In this document: positions 13,899 through 27,771 of the stretch, piece after piece
Layout of the letters: the number at the start of each line of letters is the position of its first letter
Numbering within the stretch: position 1 is the first letter of the stretch
From: Ancylonema sp.
Lineage: Eukaryota
Direction: 5' to 3'
DNA: 64,000 nt
NCBI GenBank assembly: GCA_050230475.1
Contig: JBFLGF010000005.1
Coordinates: 62,001 to 126,000 of the forward strand
Made by a program: the position numbers and the translations under genes
Notes under the pieces: generated by a model
What the model was told of the DNA's origin: nothing
The model's input: the letters and a program-made list of their open reading frames with translations, nothing else
Databases searched by the model: none

Positions 13899-14439
13899 AT
13901 TGTGCTCAGAATATGAGTTGAATAAGTTTCCTTGGGGTCTTCCTTAATGTGCTATATGTGTGTTGTGAGATGTGTGCTACATGTATACCAACTGGATGGG
14001 TTTTGAAGGATATCGAAGACACATATCGATTTTTCCGTTGTACGCGAGAGTTTCCAACATGTACAACGTATCACGACATTCAATACAATTTTTGTAGATG
14101 AGGGTTCATTTCAGGGAGGGTAATTACATCAATATCGAGGGAGCTTTGTGTAGGACATCGATCAAGAAATTGTCGTTATTTCGAGGATGTCTCCATACCG
14201 AGGATTTAACGGGAAATGGTCAAATGGACAAATGTTTCCCTTTCGATAGTACGACATTTCCCTCCCCCGGTTTTTCTTGGGTCGTCATGGCGAAGGACGA
14301 AGGCACATAACTCCTCCCACCTCGCTAAGTGCTGAGGTAAACAGCTCACATAGTCGTAGCCTTAATTTGTCATCATGATACACCCATTTGACAGGGAGCA
14401 CGGGGTCGGTGCTTACTTTACAGCCGCTTCTGTCTGAGC

Positions 14440-16260
14440 ATGGATCGACCTGCGAAAGTGGTTCGGGTTGCGTTGCTGAATTGCGAAAGGCTCCAGGAGC
14501 ACTTGGCACCAGAAGTATTCGCGCAGACGGGAGGTTATCAGGAACTATTGCAGCGAACTTTTGACCATGTCTGCAAATTACGAGGGAAACCGAAGGGAAC
14601 TGAAGCCGGAGGTGGTACGATTTTGCTCCCTACACAGCTGGGTGTATAAAAAGCCATATGTTGCCGGTTCTTCGTGAGTTAGTCCCTTTGTGGTATTTCA
14701 ATTGGGAAAAAACTCATAAGGTCTTCACAACTTTCGGTCACTGTTTTTGTTCTTTGTTCGCCCAAGGATGGTCGATCAGTGCGAGCATTTATGAGAATCG
14801 CCGATCATCCACCTGGGGCTAATATTGCCTTGCCAAGTCTCTGACGATTTTTTTTGGCCGGCGAATGTTCCTCTTCAGATACTCCGCGAAAGGTGGACGA
14901 CCATCCATCGGCTTCTACTGTCACGAAGAGATCTGTCGAACCTGCCATTGAGGTGCAGCTGACAGGTACTTGGCCGCCATTGGTATCGACGGCATACCAG
15001 CAGCGCATTGGATTGTCGGAGTGGCCTTGACAGCGATCACTGAACGCAGGCTTTGATGCAAAGAATCAAGAATACCCGGAAGACCCCAAAGCATTTGATG
15101 GAGTTCTCATTTCTGGCAGTCTGAGCGGAGTGTATGAGAAAGATCGGTGGATAAAGCGACTGCTGCAGGTACATTGACTCGCCCCGTTTTGCCCCACCCG
15201 AGAAATGATGGAATGAGATCGTAGATGTTAGTTAGCCCTGGCCAGACAGTTAGAGAGGTCTAAACCGAATCCACTCTACCTCATTCCTGGATGGTGCCAC
15301 AGGAAATCAGAGTTTACAAGCAGTCCAAAGTTCGGGTCTGCGGTATCAGTTTCGGCCATCAAGCCGTTGCCCAAGCACTTGGTGGGAAAGTGACACGGAA
15401 CCCCAAGGCAAGCATTTGGAGCCCCTGTGAACCCCCTCTGGAGCCCCTGTAGCCTCTCCCGACTCGGCCTCATGGCAAGCCTGCTCGTTGTTGACCTCAG
15501 GGCTCGGAAGTCTCTGCCCGAAAGTCAAGTTTGACTCCAGAGGCCCAGTTTTACTTCAGGACGACCAAGAAAGCGTTTCGCCTCCTTTACCATCATAACG
15601 ACACTGTCGTCACGATGCCGGCAGGGTTCGCATCTATTGTAAGGCCCTGCAATTTGCGACCGCTGATTACCTGAATAACTTTTTCTAAAATGTTCTGTTT
15701 GACTCGTTTTCTGTGCAGGGCGGTAACAACGTGACCAGCATTCAAGGAATGGTAATGTCTCGCCTTGGCGTGTGTCATTCATCTTACCCGGATCCCGCCT
15801 TGTCCTAATAAAATCCTTTTTGGTTCCCTCTGTTGCAGATCAAGGGAGATCAATTTCTCACATTTTGTGGGTAAGCGCACTCCCACATTTGTAAAGTTGA
15901 AGATGAACTCTGAAATTACCAAACCATATTGGACAATATATCTTGCTCTGGGTGGTTCTCCCACTGTTGAAGGATCTCTGGAAAATAAAAATTATGCGGA
16001 TGTCTCTCCCCTGGTGCAGGCATCCTGATTATTCTCATTGTCCAGAAGTACTGGATGCCCTTTTAGAGTATGATAGGGAGAAACTGTGGGTGCACGAACA
16101 ACTCATTGAGGAAGGGCTCAAGGCCTCACATCAGCGGACAGACTGTGTGTGGGTGACAAATGAGATCATACAATTTTATCTAGGAAAGACGCGTGCACTG
16201 GCTAGTACCCGTGCCAAAAAGGAGGAAGATATTGTATCTGATCCACCTATCAGTCCCTAG
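14440..16260 (+). CDS. Class I glutamine amidotransferase-like protein (gamma-glutamyl peptidase/GGP-like) with a Ser-His-Asp triad, 8 exons
   Basis: Exons ~14440-14614, 14879-14965, 15050-15168, 15303-15407, 15501-15638, 15719-15751, 15839-15870, 16020-16260. Motifs RVALLNCE, FDGVLISGS, VCGISFGHQAVAQALGGKV, HHNDTVVTMPAG, FLTFCGHPDY. Confidence 0.88.
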
Positions 16261-16958
16261 TTGGGGGCAAGTTCGTGTGTTGGCCTCTGCAGTGCATGCA
16301 TTCAGAACGGCATGCATGCCGAGTGCATGCTGAGAGCTTGCTCAAGTGAGGTGTAAGTTACTTGTGTAGACTACAGTTTGTGAAGTAATAAACAGCGATG
16401 CTTTAGTTGTTCTTGGGGCGAAATCAACTAAGTGTGCTGTATATCGGAACCAAAGTCTTCAACAAATGGTAATTAAACACTGTTGAGTTTCTTGAAAATG
16501 CACAACCATTGCACTTCTAGAAAGACTCAACCCCATGTCGACGTTTACAATTCGGTGTAATAGACAAGATTCTCCTCCATATTCATTTTTGCATACATCC
16601 AGAAAAACATGGGTACACCTGCACCATCTCAATGGCTCCTTAAAAAAAACAAACCTAAGTGCCGCATGATGGACACACTATTCAGACTTCCCTTTCCTTG
16701 ACTCTGGCAGCATTAGTGGATGCATGAGCTTGGGTACGGAGGAGGGAAGTGTCACTCAATGCCTTTCCTTCACACTAGCTGCCTGAAAATTGGTGTGGCC
16801 GCTCCACGTCATTTGTGTCACCATAAAAGTTGGAGAAACTAAACTGTGGCTACCTGTCACAAAGCTGCTACTGCCATAATAAGATGCTCTGGTAGCAAGA
16901 TGGGATGAGGGCAACAAGGCCAATCCATTCTTGCTCCCTGCGTGTGAAGAAACCACCC

Positions 16959-19221
16959 TCACGGCGATGCCCACAACAAGGGGGAGGAGTGCACTTGGTC
17001 CTCTGCCTCCCCCTTCCATGCCGCCACAGAGGCGTGAGTGGATCCTGAAGGAATTGGTGGCAAGGGAACACGTACGCGCAGTTTATAATAATCATACGAC
17101 CGCCATCTTTCTGCCTGGCGCCACCAGGGAAGGTCGGTTTTCCCGTCTACTACATGCTTCATGTCTGCGCGGACGATCTGGTGGAACAAATAAAAGTGTC
17201 CGGTGGTCAACACCCCCGACTTGAGCGCGGACGCGTCAATGGTGTCAAACGCCCCGCGGCTGTTACACAGAACAAACTCCGTTGTGCAACGCCCCGCTCG
17301 AATCTGAGGCACCCCAGAATCCATGAGCTCCGAGAGCAGGAGCGCAAAGTCGTTGCGCGCGGCATAGAGATGGATGTGCGCGTTGCGACGCGGCTGTAGT
17401 GCCTCGAGAGTGTCAGGAGGAGTCTCCTCGTTCCCAAAGACGGCCTTCAGCAGCTCCCCCCACCCCTGCTTGCGCCCCTCCCGCCACACCTTGCCTGCCG
17501 TCCGAATGCCTGACACCGTGTCCCCCACAATGTCTGCCATCTGGTCCAACACGGTGAACACAGTCTCGCCAGGTGGCAGGACCCCCGGACCTACCCCCAT
17601 GGCCGCCGAGTCCGAGAACCCCATCTCCTCCTTGGGCTCAGTGGCCTCCTCCTCGGCGGAGAGGGTGTGTGCGTGCGCAAAGCCCCCCCCACCTGCCACA
17701 ACCTCCACCCCACTCCCGCTCCCAGCCCCCAACTGATGCCCCTCCCCTACTACAGGTTGCCTGCGCACCCTCTCCCTTGGTTTGGGGAATTTGAAGTCCT
17801 TGGCCACCTGGGCAAAGAAGTGAGCTGTCACGTCGGGTGCCATGAAATAGATGTGGGAGGTCACCCCCGTGTCGGGCGCCAAGTCTTGCGGGTCGAGGAG
17901 GCGGAATGCCTCCATCAGAGTCCTTGCGCCCATACTGTAGGCAACTATGTGGATGTTGCGCGCACCCACCTCTGTGGAGAGCAGGCAGAGAAGGTCCTGG
18001 AAACCTCACGGAGAAGAAGAAGGGAGACAGGGGGGTGAGAAAGCATTCCCCAGAGACCCATGCTGCCTGCCTGTCTGTGGGCAGTGCGGTGGGGGGGGCG
18101 TTGGTGAGGGGGGGGGGTGGGGGGTGAGGTGGTTGGGTGGGGGGTACTCACTTTCAGTTGGGGAGCTGACATGCACGAGGTCATTTCGTCGTGTCTGTAC
18201 ATTTTGATGACCCCCAGCCCGACCCCTACCGACGGCCGTCCCACGGTCGGCCAGCTGTAAACACAGATGGGCCCTTGGAAATCCAGCCCCCGCTGCACCC
18301 CCAGCGTCAGAGCGGTGTCAGAATGTGAGAGCCTCCTGCTTGGTGGCGCCTGCCAGGTCAGCGTACGTGAATGTGCGCTCCATAGCCCATGGATCGCCCG
18401 AAGTCCGAGAAGCATCCGTGGACGTAGAGCAGCACGGATCTCTGCGGGTCGCGGCTCACGCTGTCTCGTAGAGCCGACTTCAAGTCGCTCTCCGTGAGGG
18501 TGCCAGCCCACTGCATTTCGCGTTGTACGAGGGGTCTCCCCTCGGGACACGGGACGGAGGTGATCCCAAAGCGCAAACTATCCACGTATCCACTCCCAAA
18601 CTCCTCCCCCATCTCCTCCGTGATGCCGATCGGCTCCCGATTCGTGGCAAAAAACACCTGTCAGGGCGTCTGGTTCCTAGATTAGCAATTCAGGGCTTGT
18701 GTACTCGTGGACGATAATGAGAAATGATTCCGTACCGCCTGCTTCTCCCAGCTGGCCCTTTCGGAAGCTGTGGGCGCTCGTTTTTTCATTCCAAGAATCT
18801 CCTTCATGTCGAATCCCACCAAGTCTTGCCCTTCATTTGACCGCAGAAGACCCACCGAGAGCCCAGCATCGCCTGCATGGACAGGGAGGGCGGATGCCAC
18901 ATAAAGAATAGCGTCCAATGAAGTCTGACTTTTCCTCACCTCCTCGACTTTATGTGCGCGACTGCTCCTTGCATGATTCGGTTTCGTCAAGTTACTACCT
19001 TACAAGCGAAACTAGAAACAACAAACAAGAGTATGCACCAAAATCAGAGCTTCACCCCAGCGAGTCGCAAGGACACCACCATTTAACCACTGGTACAGTT
19101 GGTAAACGAGATTATAGTTTGCGAGAGCCACAATTGGCCGAAAAATCACAAAACGCTACTCACCATGTACATTTGCCGTCAGTAAACTGGCCGATCCTTC
19201 CTTCTCTCCTTCTCCAGCCAT
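16959..19221 (-). CDS. Alpha/beta hydrolase, DUF900 (COG4782)-like, multi-exon; start uncertain
   Basis: Motifs VFFATNR, LLYVHG, VYSWPT, IHIVAYSMG, FMAPDV, LYAARNDFAL, FDTIDAS, GHFY in canonical order across GT-AG introns. Candidate ATG at 19221. Confidence 0.85.
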
Positions 19222-20096
19222 TTTTTGAGAAGCCCTACTCTCGATCGAAGCACACAATCTTCCACATCTGTAAAATGCCCCCCGCTAGATCACTCCTCTC
19301 GAGTCTCCCGACGAACGAGTTCGCCATATGATACCAAGCTCTATATGTCTCGTCACACAGATCCAAGCCTAATGATTACGATACCTGCAGCAAGCAAGCA
19401 GCCGATCATGGTATGTCTGAAGATGGCATACTCGCTTCCTCATGCCAGAAAATAGCGACGGGACAATGCCTTGCAAACAGAGGTAAGGAGGTGGAATGAA
19501 AGACCGATCGTTACAGATATAACATACAAATTCTGAGGCTTTACAACAGTCACCGCATGAACGGGAGCTTCAGGTAACAGCACGATAATTGTTCTACATC
19601 GCCTTCTGCACGCCACACTCGTCAGCCTTCGTTCCGGCAGACGTCCTTCTCATTTTTTGAACGTCCGACTGTTCCACCTTCCCCATGTTTTGGCGCGACC
19701 AAGTTCGATGGTTCCGTACCGGTATATGGAAGTAATATTTCTCGTATTAGCGGTAATACGGCTGTGGTATGCGGACGGCTGCTATGGTATGCGGACGGCT
19801 CCACTTCTTCTTTCGCCAAAGAACACCCCTTCGATAGTTCGTATGCGACTTGGACCCCATAGTGAGTCCTGCCTGCGAAACATACCCAGACTCGTTGATT
19901 ATCACCTCTCGATTCGAAAACATGTCGGGTTCCTGCTAACGTTAGGGATCAACGATTACTTCGTACACGGTTGATTAACATAATGCTGAAAAGTCAAGTA
20001 CATCTACAGCGGCCGCGTTAGTGTAACCACTTCGTGTAGTCAGCTACAGTCTATACTGGCGCCTATATCCTCATTAGAAGCCAAATTATATAAGTA

Positions 20097-21538
<1,442 letters not shown>

Positions 21539-22887
21539 CGCGTGTAGGGCGCAAGTATGTTGCCCCAAAGGACCGATCAGTGCAAATTTCAGTTCCATAT
21601 ATTTCGTGTCTTGAAATGAGATGATTGAGACCAACACGCTCACTTTCGGAATTTCTGTGAAATGCCATGATACATTCGCACAACCACTCGTTTGGCAACA
21701 CTTCCGGTGGCGCTGCGTACTTTTTTGGAAAAAATATGTGCTAGTAAATATGAAGGAACAACTTTGGTGCTAACGTACTTGTAAACTTAAAAATGGTAAG
21801 GCGCGTACATACCTACGCGGGCACATTATAGTGCAGTGTGTATGGGTGTTGGAATGTTTTGGTTATTTCCAACACATTCTGAAAAACGCCTTGCGCGAAC
21901 ATAACTGAGTAAGTTTAGTGTTTGTGAAATGTGCACGAGACTATTAACAGATAAAACACTCGACACCTTTTTAGTAAAATACATAGAGTGTTCATTTTTT
22001 CAATAAGTATCCTTTGTGTATCCGATAGTTTTTTTACTCCAAAACACAATATGAGCAAGTTATCCTATTATCACTTCTCATATTTTCACGGCTTGTGAAT
22101 CACGGGAAAACGCGTGGATCAGCATTGTGCGATGTGCGGGTGTAGGACAAGTGGGCAACAACTCCGAATCAAGTGAGAAAGGTTTGGATGTGTTTGGGGT
22201 TTGTGAGCAGTCATTACACGCTCAGTGAGCAAGACGGCATCCAAAACCAATGGCATATATATGGCATACAGAGTGCTTGTTGATTAGCATCACTGGATGT
22301 GGTGGTATCTGATATACAACAAGTGCTCAAATCTACCCATGGAAATCTGCATGAGTAGATGTGCACTTTTGCACAAAATGTTTAGATTAATGGCTTGGTG
22401 ACAAGACGATATCGCCCCTGTGTATTTTCCCGATAACTTTTCCCAAGGTATGACGCGCCACTAGTTACCTTGCCATCCCGATATTTTCCAACATGACAAG
22501 ATACACCCATGAAAAAATGCTCATGGTGATATACAACGGGGGTACATGTGGTGGAGTCCATAGTTTTCTCCCAAGCAACTCTTATGTCTTTGAACATGAT
22601 TATGAAGATGAGCCACGGTCGTACATACAAGTGAGATGAGAAGGTAACATCCACGTTCACAAGCACATACGCGACAAAGTTCCAAGTGATTTGGTACTTG
22701 TGAAAGAAGCTTGTGTGTGGTTTTCATCACAAAGGAGCTACATGTTTTGGGTAGGGTATTACATGATTTTGTCGGTATGGAAGGTATGGTGTGGCAAAAA
22801 TGTACTCGGCACAGCATAAACCTCACCCACTAGGTATTGTGTGAGCCGTTTCACAAACAACCGCGCAACATTCAACCTTCCTATGTA

Positions 22888-23000
22888 CCTTACGGGCCAT
22901 ACATAATGACCCTCATATAATTATGAGAAGGGTTGGTCGGGTCGATTTAAATAAATATTATTTGATAACAAGTGGGTCATTCTATAATGTGGGTCACATC
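22888..23000 (+). mobile_element. Truncated copy (left TIR) of the 1216-1730 MITE family
   Basis: ta|ccttacgggccatacataatgaccctcatataattatgagaagggttggtcgggtc matches the sequence starting at 1216. Confidence 0.7.
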
Positions 23001-24630
23001 ATAATAATGTGGTCACATTCTAAGAATATTAAGGGTGCATGTTGAGGCCTCCTCTAGAGCAACTTGACGCGGTATCATCGGTTTTGTCTAGACTTGGAAG
23101 TGAATACTACGTTCATACATTGTCAAAACATCGGGGAGTTTGGTATTCCCCACGTGTGCGACAGTTTGGGAACGCCGACCATATGTGGTGTCTTTTCCTA
23201 ACAATGTTTAGAGGAGCGGTGAAGTGTGAGACAACACAAATGTGGCTAAATCAGAGGCAAGACGAGGTTCATGACCTCTTTTCATAGTCGTTTGCAGACT
23301 CGGATCAAAACCATTGATTGTCTGAAGGCCTTGGTGGTAGCCGAAGTATTAATTTGAACTTCTATTTGCGAGCAAGAAAAACTAGCGGTATGTGGCTGCA
23401 GTTCAAGCCTACGCGACTTTTGACCGTGCTTCGATTTTACTTTTGTCATTTCTTTCATTTTTTGTTGCATCTAGACACAACACGTCCACTACGCCAAGTC
23501 ATCGATGAGCGAACGCGAGAGTAAAATTTGGAGGGGAAAGATACCAAAATAGACGAGTGTATCTTGTTAAAGAGCACGAAACTAATGTATTTCGAACCAG
23601 TTTTGAGACGAAACCGGCATATAATTGAAGCAAGCGATAGTCTGGTCTGGTGTGAAAAAAAACAACTAACTTAACGAAACGATAGTGCTCTTACAAAAAA
23701 ACGCTAATACGAGCCACAATCACTATACATTTTGCAATGTACAAGACATGTACGGCGTTCACTTCTATTTGCGCTTTATTACAAGTGAACGATTGCATTA
23801 TAAATTGAAAAGTTTATTTTGTTCTACCGGTTTTATCATCACTAAAAGACATGATATCGACCATATGACCGAAAGTTCAACTATGAATTGGCTATGGTCA
23901 TTTAACCACTTGAAATTCGGCTTCCAGCACACAAATTGTCATAGTTGTCATTATATAAGTCACCTGAGATGAACGATCTCTATTCATGAAGTGGAAAACA
24001 TGTGGGAACCATAGTCACTCGTATGTATCCACTTGCATTCTCGAACGGACTTCCGAACGTTGAGAAGGTTTAAAAGCGGCCGAGTTAGGTAACTTGAAGC
24101 GTGGTCGCGCCCGCAAGGAAACACAACCACAAGCATACCCACCTTGGCTGTAACTCGACAAGGCGAATGCACAAACCAAGACACCATAAGGGGTGCACTT
24201 AAAGACCGAGACAAAACCACGACCGGGGACCATGGATCAAGTGTTGATAAACACATACAGGCACTCTTGTACACATCAAATATCTATGACTTCTGTGCAT
24301 AAGTCCGCTACAGATACGAGTTTTGGCTGCCTGATTTTTGTGGTTTTGAGAATATGGTAGAGAACATACCAAGACACATACACGACTGGTCCGTTCATTT
24401 ATGAACATACGCACAAAGGTGTGGAGTGACGTTGCTATCATCCGAAAGACTTTGATCCCAAAGTGACACAAGTCCATGCCGTGGCGTGGAAACAAAGTGA
24501 AACCAGTATGCTACATTTCAAATGAGGACGACAGTCTCGGTCTTGCCTCAGTCTCTGTTCTAAAATCCCCCTCCAGGCAGTGTAGGGGAACATGCAGAGC
24601 CATTGGCGGACTGAGGCGTGTCCGCACACA

Positions 24631-27509
24631 CTATTGGGTTTTCAAAAGGCTCATGACACGAGCGTACCACTCCTCAATCGGGTGCGTTCTACCGAGGATG
24701 AACCCCCCCTCCCACCCCCACGGATTGTTGGCAGGGTTGAGCAGGTAGAATCCGTACCCCATGGCCACCGCCGTCACAACCACGCCCCCAGTCCTAACCA
24801 ACGCGGATGCTGACGACGATTTCCGCCTCAGTGCACTGCACAGCACATCCGCCTCCCTCACTGCCTTCTGCCCCCCTCCCTCTGCTGACCGAAGCGCTTC
24901 TTGGTGCTGGGGAATCAACGCCATACCACGAACCCCCTATCAGCAGCTGTTAGCAACACTGGCCTCACATTCCCCTACATTCCTGCTCTTACTTTGACAC
25001 GGAAACCCCTGATGCACTTTCGGAAGTCATCAACGGGCACCAACTGGCCGCGCTTCACCCTCCACTCTCGAAGAAGGTAAGATAAGATCTTGGAGCTCGC
25101 TCCTAGTTGCTCCATATGATGCTTGGCCTGAACCAAACCCAAACCCAACCCCAAGGAGAAAGTGGAAGGAAATCAGCTCCTGGAAAGATGTGCCCATTTC
25201 ATTCCACCAAAAGGAATGCACTGAAAGTTGGAGAGGGGTGCGCACCCACTGCTTGTAGCAATCCGGATTGTTTGCCAAGCACCAGAGAAACAGCCCACAG
25301 GCCTCCTCCGAAAGCTCCGCAGGCTCTGTCACAATCCCATAGTGGCACAACGTCAGAGTCTGCTCTTCTATACAGGGCGAGCAGAGGACAGAGGACAGAG
25401 AGGGGGGGTCACCTTCTCCGGCTGCCTTGAGGCTCAACGGCAGCAGCTGCAGAGCAGCTGGTTTCGTAGATTTGCTTTGGGAGGACCCCGCAAGCGCCAC
25501 AGCTTTCACCAACGGATACGCCGCACTGAATCGCGCTGTGGCCTGCACCGATCTCAGGCGCAGAATTTGTCAGAGAAATGGTCAGACATGTCCAGCTGCC
25601 AGCCTGTTGCAATCCTCGGGTACCTTTGTTCTCCCTGCTTCGTTGGGAAATGCTGCACGCAAAACTGCCTCCAGGGCACTGGGAGGGACAACCCTCTCTC
25701 CCTTCTTACTTGCTCCGTTGATCAGAGTCGACCGAGCCTTACTCATGTTCTTGCAGATCACACTGAACCCCACAAACCCCGTCGCTGAGCCTCTCAAAAA
25801 CCTCATCTCAAGGCAAGACCGAGTTTGGGCCAGCTGCTCACCTTTCCAAAAAGGTGAGTGCCAAATCCCTTGCCATAGGATTGGTTTTGGGTCCCACTGC
25901 CAGAGGCAGGAGGATCCGGACCCACAGCCACATCCCCAGAATCAAGTCCACTGCAGCGACCTGGCTGCAAGCCCACCCCAGCAAGGGCAGCTTGGCCTGC
26001 GACTTGAGTCCAGGAAGAGTCTGCAGCCTCTCCACCTGGTCGACCATGACCTGCGGTTGCTTGCGCAGCAGGATGGCGAGCAGAACAAGCAGCCCCACCT
26101 GCAAAGCACTACGCCTGTCAGGACCAAGCGAGAACTCTAGACCCTAGACCCTCCAAAGCTGTACCTTGGCTTTGGCTGGAGTCTTTTGAGACCCCCCTAG
26201 GACCGTGAGATCTTCCATCAACTCCTTCAGAAGGACGAGCAGGAAGGTGCCCAGCGCTTCTGCAGGCTGGATGGCCAACCAATCAGAGGCTGTCGCCACA
26301 ATTGAACCGGGGACATCTGCCAGAGGCACCTGGAGAAAAACACGGAAGGTGATGTCAAGGCAGAACCGATGCAATCATCGCTCTCCTGAAAGTGAAGTTC
26401 AAATGCTGCAGCTGAGGTTCCCCAAACAGCACCGGATACACCTGGAAGTAGGTCTCAACAAGGATGCTGGCAGCCAAACCGTGACCTTGGAGTATATTTC
26501 TTTGTCAAACCTGAATAAAATGGTTTGCCTTCGAATACAGAACACCAGGTAACAGGGGTAAACCACCATCTACTGTCCTCGCATTCATTCAAGCACAGGA
26601 CACTCATTGCTAGCGCCGAGAGATACGAAAATAGTTAAAGAATCGAATCGACAAGAGGGTCAAGTTTGATAAATACGCGGTGAGGCGCACTGAACTTTAC
26701 CTCCACAGCTTTATGTGGTGGAGAGTCTTTCATTATTTTTTGCAAGGAGACATTAGCCGTAGTAACTCCACTAAACGCTTTCGCGAAATACTCAGCGCAT
26801 CTCATTAGTCGTACATCAGGAACCTCAGCGAAAGATTCCTGCGTCACAATAAGAACGGGCCAGACTTCATTTTCTTTACCACTCCACGGTCTTACGATTG
26901 CATCTACAATGCGGTCGTTGGATGGGGCAAATGGCTTGTGAACATTACTGCAAATGCGGCCATCAGTAGTACAACGTAGTCTTGGCAAATAGATGACTGG
27001 CATGCTCGCAGGCCTCTGGAATGACTGACACTTTCACGCACCAGGCCCAACTAACGGTTCCGAAAACTAACCGACATTTCTTTCAAAAATGCAGAAAGAC
27101 TGCTCGGTTGCATGGCTCCTGCGGCATCCGCCACAGTAAACTTCGGCTTCTTCAGTCTCTTCACTTTTTCTTTCTTTTCCACTTCCGTATAGGTCCCGTT
27201 TGTTTTCTCTTCACCCTCGCCTTCAAATTCATCCGCTTCCTCGTCTCCTGACCTCTCTGTTTCTGCATCTTCCGCAGCTTGCTTGGCAGCTAGAATACGA
27301 TTTCTGCGAGCTTCAGACAATTCCTCCAGGGCAGAGAATACAGACGGGGAAGCACCGCTAACCGCCATTCCAGTGCCATTGCCTGTGTGTCCGTTCTTAG
27401 CGTCTTTACCGGTTCTTTGCCTTCTTCTATCTGAAACCTGCTGCCATCCGTGATTTCCGCCATGCTGCTTCAACTGAGCAACCCCAACTGCATTACCAGA
27501 CTGGTCCAT
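24631..27509 (-). CDS. TMEM214: Transmembrane protein 214 (DUF2359) homolog, multi-exon
   Basis: GWQQVS..RR, KKPKFTVADAA, VPDVRLMRCAEYFAKAFS, LLAILLRKQPQV, DLILGMWLWVRILLP, RKGERVVPPSALE, RFSAAYPLVKAVALAG, WCLANNPDCYKQW, C-terminal TM helix. Confidence 0.9.
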
Positions 27510-27771
27510 TGAGCAACAAACCGCTTCTCACCTGCGGTCTTTATCCCTACTGCAGGGCGTGTGAAACTTTGACATTGCGTTTTCCGTAAGTGCACTGATT
27601 GAGACCAATCGTGTGAAAAGCCAGAAGACACGGTAGGAATATTCTTTCAGTTAGCGCACCAAGGCTGTTCCCGACAAGGCTTCCCTCCCCAGCTCTTCAC
27701 TTCCTCAAATGCTTCCTCAGGTTCATGTTACCGGTAACTTACAGGCAATACAACTCTCGATGTATTAATTA

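Noticed and set aside
18085..18145. G-rich tract with quadruplex potential
   Set aside because: Intronic low-complexity sequence; G/C runs are common throughout this window
25228..26140. 186- and 237-aa plus-strand ORFs
   Set aside because: Antisense to TMEM214 exons
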